Shown: in pieces, positions 25,908 through 37,339 of the stretch
Numbering within the stretch: position 1 is the stretch's first letter
How the letters are laid out: every line of letters begins with the position of its first letter
Source: Bispira polyomma
Taxonomy: Eukaryota
Length of the DNA stretch: 64,000 nucleotides
Direction: 5' to 3'
Assembly: GCA_965649765.1 (NCBI GenBank)
Contig: OZ287753.1
Location: 70,184,001-70,248,000 of the forward strand
Notes under the pieces: model-generated
Databases searched by the model: none
What the model was told of the DNA's origin: nothing
What the model saw: the letters and a program-made list of their open reading frames with translations, nothing else
Position numbers and translations under genes: made by a program

Positions 25908-26332
25908 TCTTTACAATTTGTGTACATGTAAGGCTGTATAACTCATTCAACATAAAAACTAAAAACCCTAAAATCTAACTATGTACAGGATACTTGTAAA
26001 GTTCTTGTAAAATCATAAAATTCCTTTTTGGAAACATAAAATTTTCTTTCAGTGTTTACTGTTCACTGTCTAAATCAAAATGGTGCTAGAATCTGGGTAT
26101 ACAGAAGCTAAATCAGCAGGGGGTTAATTAGTGATTGGTTCCCACCGTCATAGTTGAATGAACAAGTGCAGAACAAGAAAGGTTTTTAAAATGGTAATAT
26201 GGGTATATGGTGAACTGACACAGCAGTCCCCTAAAGTGGTCGTGCTAGTCAGTCTGTGGTGTTACATGCAGCTGAAGAACTGGAATTACTTTGAAGAACA
26301 GTTGAAAATGCACTCCAAACTCAACCCGAATT

Positions 26333-26617
26333 GTGAATATGTGCAAACCTAGTGAATTGTCAAAAATTAAAAGAGGTAATTATAAGTTGTATCTAAATCG
26401 TCTGGAAAGCTACAGAGGGTGGAGCGACGGCAAGATAGTAAAACCAGAAAAGTTAGCCAGAGCTGGATTAATGTACACTGGTTTAGGGGACAGATGTCAG
26501 TGCCTCTGGTGTTCTATAATTCTCCATTCCTGGGAGTACCTGGACGAGCCCTTAGTTGAACATCAAAGATATTCAAAAGACTGGGGTTACATAAAAATGA
26601 ATCTGTCAGATGACTAA
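26333..26617 (+). CDS. BIR (IAP-type) single-domain gene 2, open frame, last Zn-ligand Cys replaced by Trp
   Basis: RLESYRGW...PEKLARAGLMYTGLGDRCQCLWCSIILHSWEYLDEPLVEHQRYSKDWGY. Confidence 0.85.
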   Translation: MNMCKPSELSKIKRGNYKLYLNRLESYRGWSDGKIVKPEKLARAGLMYTGLGDRCQCLWCSIILHSWEYLDEPLVEHQRYSKDWGYIKMNLSDD

Positions 26618-26826
26618 ATAGTTTAGAAACATGTTCATAGTGTGTTGTAAATAATATTATATGTATGGTGATTTGTTTATTTTATTTTGTAAAAATGTGT
26701 GTATATGTAAGTTTTGTGTAAATAATATTGAAAATAAAGGTAGTTTAGAAAATATAGTTGTTCTTATTTCTCTTTTTAAAAAAGAAAACAATAACAACAA
26801 ACAAACCCCACACCTGTAATTTTAAA

Positions 26827-27464
26827 ATGTCATATATATTAACAATAGACAACCCAGATTGTGATTCAAAAGCCATTATGTGTTGGAAGAAAGAAGGTGA
26901 AGGGTTTCAAAATGCTTTAGAACTATGAGATTTAACAGAGTTCTATAAGAACCAAATCTTCTACAACAGTTTTTGTGAAAGACGTACACATTTGGTTTTG
27001 TTACATAAAATAAACACAAGTGAACAAATTCATGTTTTGAACTAAAAGAATTAACAATGAAAGAACTATACATTAAATTATATGACAAGAAGAATATTGA
27101 ATATTTAAACAAAATCTTTCAGTGAAAGAATGAAATATTTTGGTTTCAGAAATATAACAATAAGAGATGAAAGCTACATAAAATTATTCAGAAGTATACC
27201 CACTATCAACAAGGCAATAAGGAGAGAAAATATGAAGATGTCAATTTCTATTAGTGAATCTGAAAAGATTTAAATAACAAAATCACTATCCTATATAAGA
27301 TAATCGGCAAATTCAGAAAGTTTCCAAGGGATATAATATACCTTTCAATATTCAGTGAAGGGAGAGAATTCTCTTTCACTGTAAGTGACTGGCATCAAAT
27401 AGTTAAAATGTGGAAGGTCAGAAAGCTTCTGTTACAAGAATGCTGTACTAAAAGTACAAACTAA
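26827..27464 (+). pseudogene. Degenerate right-end Maverick ORF(s), function unknown (possibly PC4-like)
   Basis: ATG at 26827 and broken frames (YIKLFRSIPTINKAIRR...; FSFTVSDWHQIVKMW) ending just inside the TIR boundary. Confidence 0.35.
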
Positions 27465-27488
27465 ATTAGAACCCAAATTCCAATTTGG

Positions 27489-27687
27489 AGGTTTTTCGAA
27501 GAAGGTGGTAGTATGTGGAGGTCTCAAAATCATAATGTATTCATTCAAAGTAAAAACTCTATAAGAGGGCAAAAAGTTTCCAGATCAGGTTTTTGAGCGG
27601 GTTTTTTAAATCTGTGCAAAAATAGATAGGATTAGGCTCAAATTGGGCTCAAATACCAGATGTATATCCCCCCCACATACTACTACT
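27489..27687 (-). repeat. Maverick right TIR
   Basis: Inverted imperfect copy of 12637-12837 ending in actactact. Confidence 0.88.
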
Positions 27688-28825
27688 ACTGTCATTGTAA
27701 TTGAACTGACAGTCACAGTGCAAAAGATTTTTATCAATGCTAAAATCTATATTCAAAGGGTTTATATACACTGAGGAGATAAAAAAGACATTTAGAAAAG
27801 TAGAGCCTTTGTCACATTAATTATGCATAGTTCAAACTGAGCCTGTAGTTCTGAATATATTAAAGAGAGAAAGAACGGGAGACAGATCTAACATATATTA
27901 AACTAATTAAAATATATTAATTGAAATATATTGAGGGTCACCTGGTGATGTTCTAATTTATGTAAATATAAATGTGTGTGTAGGTTTATAGTATGAAATT
28001 ACCTCTATTGAGGTCTCAGCCGACTCCACAATTTACACCCCCAGCCTGTGTTCTTGCACATGCCAACCAATTGTTTAGTCTCAGCTCCCTCAGGAAAAAG
28101 AGAACAACGTTGTGTAAAGCACCTTGTCCAAGGGTACAATATTCAGACCTGCAGCGAGGATTGATTCTGGACCTTTAGATCCAAAAGACCGACACTCTAA
28201 CTGCTAGGCCACAGAGATCACTAAAGGGTGAAACTAGCATTATCCGTACTGTGAACCATGGACTTGCCGCAAGTATTTTATATACTTTCCCACAACATGA
28301 AACCAGTAGGAATTTAAAATGCACTTAGAATTAGTATTGCATACCAACCTAATTTGTTACCTTGGCAAAATCCTAAACTTCTTTGTGGTTCAGTCAATAA
28401 TGCAAATTGTTACTGTTAGTCAAAGTATTATATTGGTGTGAACTCAGAATGTTGGGAATTGACACTAACTACTTTTTACTTGTCTTTTTTTAGAGATCCT
28501 AATTCAATTAAAAATACATGTACTATTTTAATGACTTTTAAACGATTTTCTATTAGTATATTAAACATTCATTATTATTAAACATTCATTATTGTGTTTT
28601 CAATTAAAAATACATGTACTATTTTAATGACTTTTAAACGATTTTCTATTAGTATATTAAACATTCATTATTGTGTTTTTAGTGAGTATATTGAATTATG
28701 TGCAGTTCAATGAGTGCATAACAGAAAATCAATAAAAATGGTCTTAAATCTTGGTAGTCGTATTTAAATACCTTGCTGGTAGACCAAAGCAGCCAAACTA
28801 TCTGGACCATTACATGGTAGAGATA

Positions 28826-29660
28826 AGTAGTTGGAGTCAAGCACACACCTCTCAGCAAAGCCAAGTGAGTGTAGCAGTTGTACTGTATAAGTTGTTGGAG
28901 TCAAGCATACACCTTTCAACAAAGCCAAGTGAGGTTAGTAGTTGTACTGTATAAGTGATTGGAGTCAAGCACATGCCTTTCAGCAAAGTCAAGTGAGTGT
29001 AGTAGTTGTACTGTATAAGTGGTTAGAGTCAAGAACATGTCTCTCAGCAAAGCCAAGTGAGGTTAGTAGTTGTACTGTATAAGTGATTGGAGTCAAGCAC
29101 ACGCCTTTCAGCAAAGTCAGGTGAGGTTAGTAGTTGTACTGTATAAGTGGTTAGAGTCAAGTACACACCTCTCAGCAAAGCCAAGTGAGGTTAGTAGTTG
29201 TACTGTATAAGTGATTGGAGTCAAGCACACGCCTCTCACCAAAGCCAAGTGAGTGTAGTAGTTGTACTGTATAAGTGGTTGGAGTCAAGCACAAGCCTCT
29301 CAACAAAGCCAAGTGAGGTTAGTAGTTGTGCTGTATAAGTGGTTAGAGTCAAGCACACACCTCTCAGCAAAGCTAAGTGAGTGTAGTAGTTGTACTGTAT
29401 AAGTGGTTAGAGTCAAGCACACACCTTTCACCAAAGCCAAGTGAGTGTAGTAGTTGTACTGTATAAGTTGTTGGAGTAAAGCACACGCCTCTCACCAAAG
29501 TCAATTGAGTCTAGTAGTTATACTGTATAAGTTGTTGGAGTCAAGTATACGCCTCTCAGCAAGGTCAAGTGAGTGTAGTAGTTGTACTGTATAAGTGGTT
29601 GGAGTCAAACACACACCTCTCAGCAGAGACAATTCTGTGCAGTAGTTGTACTGTATACAG
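28826..29660. repeat. Minisatellite, 61-62-bp unit, ~13 copies
   Basis: Unit gtagttgtactgtataagtggttggagtcaagcacacacctctcagcaaagccaagtgagt. Confidence 0.95.
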
Positions 29661-30441
29661 AACTGAGGTCAGTTCCCAGTTGAAGGTGCTGTATTGCAAA
29701 GTACATTGTATTAATATTTAACTCCAGGAGTAATAAAAAATATATAACAGATCATGTTCAAACACCTTGCTAGTAAGCCTGGCTTTTTAGCCATGTGAGT
29801 AATGCGTCTGCCTGAGTGTAAACAAAGCAGCTAAACTATCTTGACCATACCAAATCTCAAGCAAACATCATTTTCAGTAAGGTTCAAGTCAGGTTTATGT
29901 GTATACTAGAACCTTTCATAGTGTAGACAGCTGGTGGCTTTTTGGCAATGATTTTAAAATTCACTGGACAAGGCGCTGCTATGTTAGATTTTGGTGTATG
30001 AAAGTCTAACGCTAAACCTAAAGGATTACCCTTGAAAGAACTATGTTTAAAATGGCCACACACTGTCCAGTAAGGTTTAGAATTTAGCCACTTTTACAAC
30101 AAGATGTCAGTTGATATTTCCTATTTCGACCAAATACATTAGTAAAAAGAGGAATAAGAAAATATTACTGGAAAGCTGTAAAAATACAATGATATTCTTC
30201 ATATATTTCAGAATTAACAAGTGTGTATTTTTAATGTACTTTGCTTATAACATATGCCACATGTGTTGTATAACTTACAAGTTTTTTTTTGGTACTTACA
30301 GAGTAAATTTTGGTAAACGTTCGAAGAACACTTATTCTGTATGTCTGCCACACTGTAACCTAGAATACTATATTATGAACTAGTACATTATGAAAAACAC
30401 AAGCTAGAATTATTATATTGTATGAGTTCTTTATGACTCTG

Positions 30442-30444
<3 letters not shown>

Positions 30445-30514
<70 letters not shown>
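30445..30514. repeat. (TA)n microsatellite
   Basis: Direct reading. Confidence 0.95.
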
Positions 30515-30519
<5 letters not shown>

Positions 30520-31553
30520 AGAAATATATCATACTGTTCATTCAAGTTAACTAGTTTTTATATAAAAACTTAACCTAATTTAAGCCCACAATTTAGTCAC
30601 CTTAATTTACAGGTAAAGGCGGTCCTAACTTACTGGCACCTTAAGGTAACCATAAACTCAATGTTTGTACATAGTGGTTAGGCAATTTTTATATAGATTA
30701 TGGCTTTAGTAACGTAAATACAAAAAAAATTCCACTAAACCACGTCATGACTGAAAACCTGTCTAGAAACATACACTGCTTTGTTATGAAGGCCTCAAAG
30801 TCAATTTTTAAACACAAATTTTTACTGTATCAGCAGTGCAAATGATAAAGGAGAGATTCGATAACAATTCCAGTTCAAGTTATAAATTTTAACATAAACT
30901 TTAAACATTTATTAGCAAAAAATATTACATGTAACCAGACATAAAAAATGGAACAAAAACGTAAAAATGTGTCCAAGTACACCCTCCCTAAACGTGACAC
31001 ATTAGACACATACAAAACTAATCAATATTACCATATTGCATACCACCAGATGCACAAGGAGATCAGCATTATTTTGTATGATATACTTTTTCAAAAAAAA
31101 ATCACTAAACTCTGTTAATTGACAAAGTTCATATTTCACAAATACAACCTTTAATAATATTCACGTTTTCCATAAAGTATGAGTACACGTTTTCTAAAGT
31201 AGTGTAGGGTATATCATGTGCTGATATATACTGGGTCAATACTTGTATTACGCCACAACAGAAAGGCTTTTCTTCGAGATAGGTTTACAAATATTACGTT
31301 CCTCTATAGATTTCAAATTGTGTGATATCACAATACAAAAATCGTTATAGGGCTTTTTAACCACTTTGTGATAAACTACTTAAGTTTTTAATTGTGTAGG
31401 CATAAGAAAATAATTTAAAACATCCCTAAAGAATCACTTTAAAGCTGCCATAGTGTGTATATAGGCGAAAATAAATTTGCGAAAATGACTAATCGGCGAC
31501 GTTGTTAAAGCTATAAACGTAAACACATAAAACGATCGCCGATAACCACGTTA

Positions 31554-32060
31554 TGGGGCGTTTGCATTGTCCAACTTCATGGCCCGGCATCGCTGGCATT
31601 ACCGTTTTCTTAAGACCTAAAGAACTTGGCTGAACTTGGCCGATTGGGAGAGAAAGGGCGGGAAAATGTTCATTTGCATATATTTGCGTCCTTGGTTTAT
31701 GACCGTTTTAGCCCCGTTTTAGCCTCGTTTAGCCCTGTTTATGTCCAGGTTATATTACCTTTATTCAAGTTCTCTCCAGTTCTGGCCATATCACACAATG
31801 TCTAAGCAATTTAAGCCCCGTTTACACAAGTTTTGAGCAGTTCAACTTCTGTTTATGCCCCGTTTATGCCTGTTCTGTTTTCTCAAGTTCTCTCAAAATG
31901 TATTTTCAGAGCCGTCCTTCCACAGAAGTTTTGGACATGTTCCCGTTCTAGCCATTCGCCCCAGTTCTACCCCCGTTTATGCCAAGTTCTCAGACTTTTG
32001 TTTAAGTTCTCACACGTTCTCAGAATGGGGACAGAGAACGTGGACAGTGTGAACGCCACT
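31554..32060. mobile_element. PIF/Harbinger-type MITE
   Basis: TIRs tggggcgtttgcattgtcca / tggacagtgtgaacgccact; TTA TSD (31551-31553 / 32061-32063). The empty site is seen in the inverted host-repeat copy near 41060-41090. Confidence 0.8.
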
Positions 32061-32887
32061 TTATGTGTGTTCGAGCTTCTCACAAACTGTACAACTTTTT
32101 TGTGGCCTTAAACTTGATTTATGGATAACATATTTACATTTTCATTAGTAGAAATAATACATTTATTAATACATATATTTTATGTGTCAAAATGACATAT
32201 ATTTTATTAATTAATATATTTTATGTGTTATTTTAATGCATATTTTGAGACATACAATACATACTGCAGCGTGTAAAATTGTAAGTAAAATGGTTATTAT
32301 TTTCAAAGTTCATGCTTCGCAAATGTGACACAATTTATATACCAAAAAGGGATCAATACTAAAGTATAGTGCATCATGACTGGACAAAGGAAAACATCAG
32401 CATTATTTTGAATGAATGTGTTTTTCAGTAAAAGCACAAAAACAGGAATAATTTTAGAAAAACATTAAAGTCACACTTTTCCGAACAGAAACATGTTTGT
32501 ATTCTTCATTTTTATAAAGTAAGGAAACATATTGAAAAATGTAAATCATTTAAAATAATATACACGTTTTTATAAGTTGTGTAGCGTATATGTATATGTC
32601 AATGTGAGCTGGATCAATAGTCGTATTACTCGTCACAATAGAAAGGCCTCTCTGAGAGAATTGTTTTCAAATATGACCTTCCACCATAAATTTTAAATTG
32701 CATGACGTCACAATACAAGATTCGCTATATTACTGTTTTAATCATTTTTTCAATGAAATATTGAAGTTTTAAGTTGTTTCTGCATATACAAAAAAATTAA
32801 AACTGCCCGTAAGCTATCATTTTAAGGCAGGCAAAGTGAGTATATAGGCTAAAATACAATTTCGTAAATGCAGCATAATATCTTTGC

Positions 32888-33870
32888 AGTGCATTTATGT
32901 ATTTACATTCATAGTCCCTTGAACTAATATACCAAAAGTCAAAGTCTTTTCATTTTCCAAGGTCAGAGACTCCAGTCAAGGTGACAAGTGAGACATTGAC
33001 TGTATTGACTGTGCTGTAGCATTTGGCTCTATCCATGGAGTGCTGTATTCGGCCAATTTCGTAGCTCACTTTGTGAAATCATACATCTCTATAGTCATAA
33101 GAGGGGGCAGAACAAATCAAATATACACCAACAACACAACGTCGTTTGAGAGATTTCTCCAAGTCAAATTGCAGTGTCATGTGGAGCGGTGGAGTGTGGT
33201 ATTGTGTCTGGGCCAGTGAGTATTGTTTGTACATTTGTCTTTATTTGATTTTTTGTAGTGTCAGGTTGTCTAGTCGGCTGTCTGTAAGGCCTTTAATAAC
33301 TATATTTTCCAAACTTGGTGGGAGAGTAAGAGTTTTGTTCGGAAAATAGAAAGTTCTTAAAACTAGAAAAGTTATTTTAAAGTGCATTTATGTATTTACA
33401 TTCATAGTCCCTTGAACTAATATACCAAAAGTCAAAGTCTTTTCATTTTCCAAGGTCAGAGACTCCAGTCAAGGTGACAAGTGAGACATTGACTGTATTG
33501 ACTGTGCTGTAGCATTTGGCTCTATTCATGGAGTGCTGTATTCGGCCAATTTCGTAGCTCACTTTGTGAAATCATACATCTCTATAGTCATAAGAGGGGG
33601 CAGAACAAATCAAATATACACCAACAACACAACGTCGTTTGAGAGATTTCTCCAAGTCAAATTGCAGTGTCATGTGGAGCGGTGGAGTGTGGTATTGTGT
33701 CTGGGCCAGTGAGTATTGTTTGTACATTTGTCTTTATTTGATTTTTTGTAGTGTCAGGTTGTCTAGTCGGCTGTCTGTAAGGCCTTTAATAACTATATTT
33801 TCCAAACTTGGTGGGAGAGTAAGAGTTTTGTTCGGAAAATAGAAAGTTCTTAAAACTAGAAAAGTTATTT
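32888..33870. repeat. 493-bp-period tandem duplication
   Basis: 32888-33377 matches 33381-33870 with one visible mismatch; identical ORFs at 33146 and 33639. Confidence 0.95.
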
Positions 33871-34189
33871 CCCTGAAAAACAAAAAAAATAAATTCGGGT
33901 GATTGAAGGTATGTTCGGATAAAACAAGTTTGGAAAATGGAAATTAAACTCTTAACCAAGTCCATAGCACAGACATGGTAGTGTAGAGTAGAACTTCGAT
34001 GGAACAAGTGACAATAAACGTTCAGTAACAACATACACTGATCTACCAGCCAATAAATAAGGTTTAAGAAGAAGACTTTAAAAAAACAAAAAAAAACAAG
34101 AAAGTTTTACTTGAAAACAAACTGCCAATTTACTAAATCTGATCTAAATTAATACATGTTGTGCCCATGAAGAACAAAGTGATCACTTG

Positions 34190-37000
34190 TCTAATGACAT
34201 TGACTTGTGTGTCATCAACTGTCAGTCTGTCAGCAATAAAGCCCTTCTACTTCATGATTATGTGATTGTCAATGACATTGATATCCTGGCAATAACTGAA
34301 ACGTGGCTTTCAAAGGAGAATGACTTACAATTGGTGCATTGACGTCTAATGGATACAGTTTTCTCCATATTCCAAGACTGCTTACAGGAAAAAAAGTCAG
34401 GAGGTGTTGTTGACTTACTATTTATAAAGAGCTTTTTCATTAAAAATGTCACATCTGCGGACATTGCAACATTTGAGCAAATGGAGTGTGTCATATTACT
34501 CGGATCAGTATCATATAAACTTTTGTTAATCTACAAACCTCCAACAGTAGATAACCAGTTTCTTGATGAATTTGCAACAGTTATCACAAATTTTAGTACT
34601 CTTCATCACAACATTATAGTGACCATTGATTTTAATATACATTTGGATGATCCAAACTTAACGTTAGCACAGAGGTTTCTGCAAATACTGGATAGCTGTG
34701 GACAAGATTGACCAACTCATTCCAGTGGCCATATTCTATCTCATCAACATAACGGAGGATTCCTCAGTATCTTGTACTGGAGTGAATAGTGCTGCCTTTT
34801 GATCATTCAATGATTGTCTGTAACATAAAACACAGCAAACCCTCACCAATAAAGAAAACAGTGTTATTTAGAAAAATAAAGTCTTTTGATATGGATTTTT
34901 TCAAAAAAGATGTGGCAGACTTGCCCTTGGTGGTTTCACACTGCATAAATGTTTCTCATGCCTCTGCCGTGCTGCATGAAGGACTGTCAGCAAAACTTGA
35001 TGAACCAGCCCTGATGCTAACCAAGTCTGTCATTATACGCCTAAATGCACAGTACAACTTAGACATTCGAAAGGCAAAAGTTGTAAGATGCAGATATGAT
35101 AGAGTGTGAAAAAAATCTGGCTTGCGTTCTGACTATGATCGCTTTAAAAAGCAAACTCAATTTTTAAACTATCTAATGAAATATGCAAAAAATAAGTTTT
35201 TTTCATCTTAAGTTTTGACCACAAGAGTTTTGTTGCCAATAGAATCCTTAGTTGGAGCTCCGACCAAGTTTTGCCCTCAATGTTATGGTCACAGGAGCAA
35301 GCGTGGTAGCAATTACCAGTTGCTTTCAAGTTGTAACAGGAAAAGACAAAAAGTTTTACAAAATTTATTTAACAATTAAAATAACAATTACAGTCAACGA
35401 AGATACTCTTAATAGTTCATATAATGGTACAGCAATACAACAATGAAACCAATCTAACCGGACCTCAATCCTGTCCACTTAAATAACAGTTAAACAAGTT
35501 TGTCCACTGTATCCAGCAATCTGTTTTGAGATCCGCTCGGTGTCCACTAACACACAATGCATATATCCTGTTATTGGTTCGAGGTCCACAAACCCAAATT
35601 GTAAATATCCAGAGAGTCTGCACAACTAAGCTATCCAGTTCAGGATGCAAACAATATCCAATATGTAGCAGTTCCACTCTCCAGTAAATCCTTAAATTTA
35701 TATCCAGTTTATATGAGTTCACCACAAAACGTATATAATAACCAGTTTATATCCACTTGACACAGAAATATAGTGTTTCACAATATAGCAGTCCACATAG
35801 CATATTAACTTAACAAACTCTAGTCTGTGGCCAGGCTTTCAACCCTTATATATACCAGAGATATAGAAAGCTCTAGAAATTATGTAAACAACAGTTACTA
35901 GAAGGCTCCGGAAAGAAATGTAAACAGGTCAGAACAACTCCAATAAAAACACTACACAGAACCAGCTTGTAGAAGCTTAAGGGTTTTCCTCAAATGAATA
36001 AATAGATCACTCTAGCAGAATGCTATTATATGTAACACTCAAGTATGGAGCCCACTAAATTACCTGGTGATTTTAACACCTTCTTTGTAGACAAAATAAT
36101 CAAAATAAGAAATACACTCAATTTAGATATAGACTCACTACAGCTGACTTGTGTGATTTGGGCTGTCAGAATAGTTCCGGACACTTGACTGATTTTGCCT
36201 CTGCTTTCACAGAGAAAATTCGCAAACTCATCATGGCATCTTCAAATGCAACTTGTATCTTAGACTCTATACCAACATCTCTATTGAAGTCCTGCTTGGA
36301 TGTTGTATTACAACCAATGTTTCGAACAGAGGAAGAAGGCATAGTACTGCAATCCCCAACTATAACGTTTATTAAGAGACAGTTATTATGAGAAAATCAA
36401 GAACCACATAAAATAAATTCAGTCTTGGAGTCATTTAATTTTCGAAAGTTTTGCTGCCTCTAGGCCCTAATACTAGCAGTGCTCTTTTCAGGTTGGAGAT
36501 TGGAATGTCACAGTCCTTGCAGTGGTCTAATGAGATGTAGAGCTGGCTGTCACCAGCATAAAACATGTTTTCTCTATCATGGCTCCTAGCTATTTCACCA
36601 ACTGGACTAACATATAGTGTGAAAAGAATAGGCCCTAATATAGAGCCTTGGGTTACCCTAAAAGGTAACTCAATTTCTTCAGAGAAATCTTTACCAATTT
36701 TGACTTTCTGTGAACTCTTCTGGAGATATGAAGCAAACCATTTCAGTGTAGTTCCAGTGACACCAAATTTAGATAATAGACGTGATAAGAGCACTTTGTG
36801 ATTCATGGTATCAAATGCTGTGCTAAGGTCAAGGAGTATAAATTCAACCATTCTTTTGTTATCTGTACCCTGAGCAATGTCGTTAAACTTTAAAAGAGCA
36901 GTTTCTGTCCAGTGACTTCTATTATGGGTAGGAAACTCAACAAGATTCAACACATTCCAGAAGGGAGCTAAATAACAAAGAGTCACATGCAGCATTATTG
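34190..37000. mobile_element. Decayed L2/CR1-type LINE: APE endonuclease and linker on +, RT segment on -, interrupted by a solo LTR
   Basis: Plus strand: IDILAITETWL, IYKPP, DFNIHLDD, FDH, CILDSIPTSLLK. Minus strand: TETALLK, LLDLSTAFDT, VTQGSILGPILF, YAGDSQLY. Confidence 0.8.
35281..36037 (-). mobile_element. Solo LTR related to the Gmr1-like element at 47364-54330
   Basis: TGTTA...TAACA ends; collinear similarity to 47364-48157; 5-bp TSD ctcaa (35276-35280 / 36038-36042). Confidence 0.92.
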
Positions 37001-37339
37001 TCTAAATGAACATTAAAATCACCAACTATGAGCAGTGATTCAGGATAAACTGTGACCTGTGATAGGAGATTACCAAATTCATCGTGAAAATCTGAGAATT
37101 TGTTACGTTTCTATCGTGACATAATACGTACAGTATTGATCCAATATGTATGAAGATATTATATATGGTTCAAAACTATAAAAACATGTAGAATCTCGCT
37201 GTACTGCTGTTTTAATCATATTTTCAATGAACTATTGAAGTTTTAAATTGTTTCTACATTTGAAAACGATCAAAATTGCAAGTAAACTATCATTTTAAGG
37301 CAGCCAGAGTGAGTATATAGGCTAAATATATATAGGCAT

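Larger units (their letters stand above)
20065..26251 (-). mobile_element. Tyrosine-recombinase retrotransposon with split direct repeats (Ngaro/PAT-like DIRS)
   Basis: Minus-strand order A1(26030-26251) - gag - pol(RT/RH) - YR - B1(20834-21004) - A2(20612-20833) - spacer - B2(20065-20235). A copies differ at 2 nt and B copies at 1 nt. No TSD. Confidence 0.93.
19491..26352 (+). pseudogene. BIR (IAP-type) domain gene 1, split by a SINE and a YR retrotransposon; segments 19491-19659, 19931-20064, 26252-26352
   Basis: Joined reading: ...AMSRDWVDYKVFHNRLESFRSWPKSTGVSPEDAAR(frameshift)GFRYTGYGDSCVCLWCYMQLKNWNYFEEQLKMHSKLNPNCEYVQT, with the full C-x2-C-x16-H-x6-C BIR signature. Confidence 0.85.
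12637..27687 (+). mobile_element. Endogenous Maverick/Polinton (adintovirus-like) element, degenerate, no pPolB detected
   Basis: Termini agtagtagtatgtggg... and ...cccacatactactact; ~200-bp imperfect TIRs; 6-bp TSD actgtt (12631-12636) / actgtc (27688-27693); internal ATPase, integrase, minor and major capsid and protease genes. Confidence 0.92.

Noticed and set aside
28826-29660. CRISPR-like periodic array
   Set aside because: The whole unit repeats with no unique spacers, no cas genes, and a eukaryotic context; it is a minisatellite.
30360-30545. IY-repeat ORF
   Set aside because: Translation of a (TA)n microsatellite.
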